Assembly (NCBI RefSeq): GCF_006345805.1
Contig: NC_043017.1
Location: 31,682,001 to 31,746,000, forward strand
Direction: 5' to 3'
Source: Octopus sinensis
Taxonomy: Eukaryota
Length of the DNA stretch: 64,000 nt
The translations under genes and the position numbers were made by a program. Within the stretch, counting starts at the first letter, position 1; the number at the start of each line of letters is the position of its first letter. This document shows positions 63,487-64,000 of this stretch, piece by piece. The notes beneath the pieces were generated by a model. The model did not search any database, was not told the DNA's origin, and worked only from the letters and a program-made list of their open reading frames with translations.

Positions 63487-64000
63487 AGGCGGCAAGCTGG
63501 CAGAACCGATAGCACACCAGGTGAAATACTTAGCAGTATTTTGTCTGGCGCTACGTTCTGAGTTCAAATTCCGCCAAAGTCGACTTTGCCTTTCATCCTT
63601 TCGGGGTCGATAAATTAAGTACCAGTTATGCACTGGGATCGATATAATCGACTTGATCCGTTTGTCTGTCCTTGTTTGTCTCCTCTGTGTTTAGCCCCTT
63701 GTGGATAGTAAAGAAATAGGTATTTCGTCTGTCGTTACGTTCTGAGTTCAAATTCCACCAAGGTTGACTTCACCTTTTATCCTTTCGGGGTCGATAAATT
63801 AAGTACCAGTTACACACTGGGGTCGATATAATCGACTTAATCCATTTGTCTGTCCTTGTCTGTCCCCTCTATGTTTAGCCCATTGTAGGTAGTAAAGCAA
63901 TAGGTATTTCCTCTGCAGTTACGTTGAGTTCAAATTCCGCCGAGGTTGACTTTACCTTTCATCCTTTCGGGGTCGATAATTTAAGTACCAGTTATGCACT
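63487..64000 (+). mobile_element. SINE family B, head + 2 full bodies + partial third (runs off the window)
   Basis: Junctions AAATAGGTATTTC at ~63715 and ~63898; GGTATATGAA lies immediately 5' of the head. Confidence 0.92.

Overview
This is AT-rich, repeat-saturated animal genomic DNA with one 100-N scaffold gap (14997-15096). From memory the repeat repertoire looks like Octopus; I could not search to confirm. I recognise no host gene. The only recognisable coding remnants are transposon-derived: an RTE LINE 3' end, a DD37D (maT-type) transposase and a mariner C-terminus. Nearly all supplied ORFs are by-products of satellites, SINEs or microsatellites. Bases 1-11217 are a ~182-bp satellite (~61 monomers, 12-mer higher-order repeat) built from the body of a tRNA-derived SINE (my family B). 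That SINE is also dispersed in the window as head+1, +2 and +3 bodies. The rest is a mosaic of at least six SINE-like families (labels A-F are mine), TTAA and mariner-type MITEs, minisatellites and long (TA)n/(GAT)n tracts. Two signals stand out. (1) Family B insertions repeatedly duplicate a GGTAT-type target that also occurs inside the SINE exactly at the monomer junction, which suggests self-targeting as the route from SINE to multimer to satellite. (2) There is a population of type I hammerhead ribozyme motifs: one fully intact (56134-56210), several related or decayed ones beside (TA)n tracts, and one carried in the tail of a tRNA-headed SINE-like element. Folds were judged by eye, and activity is untested.
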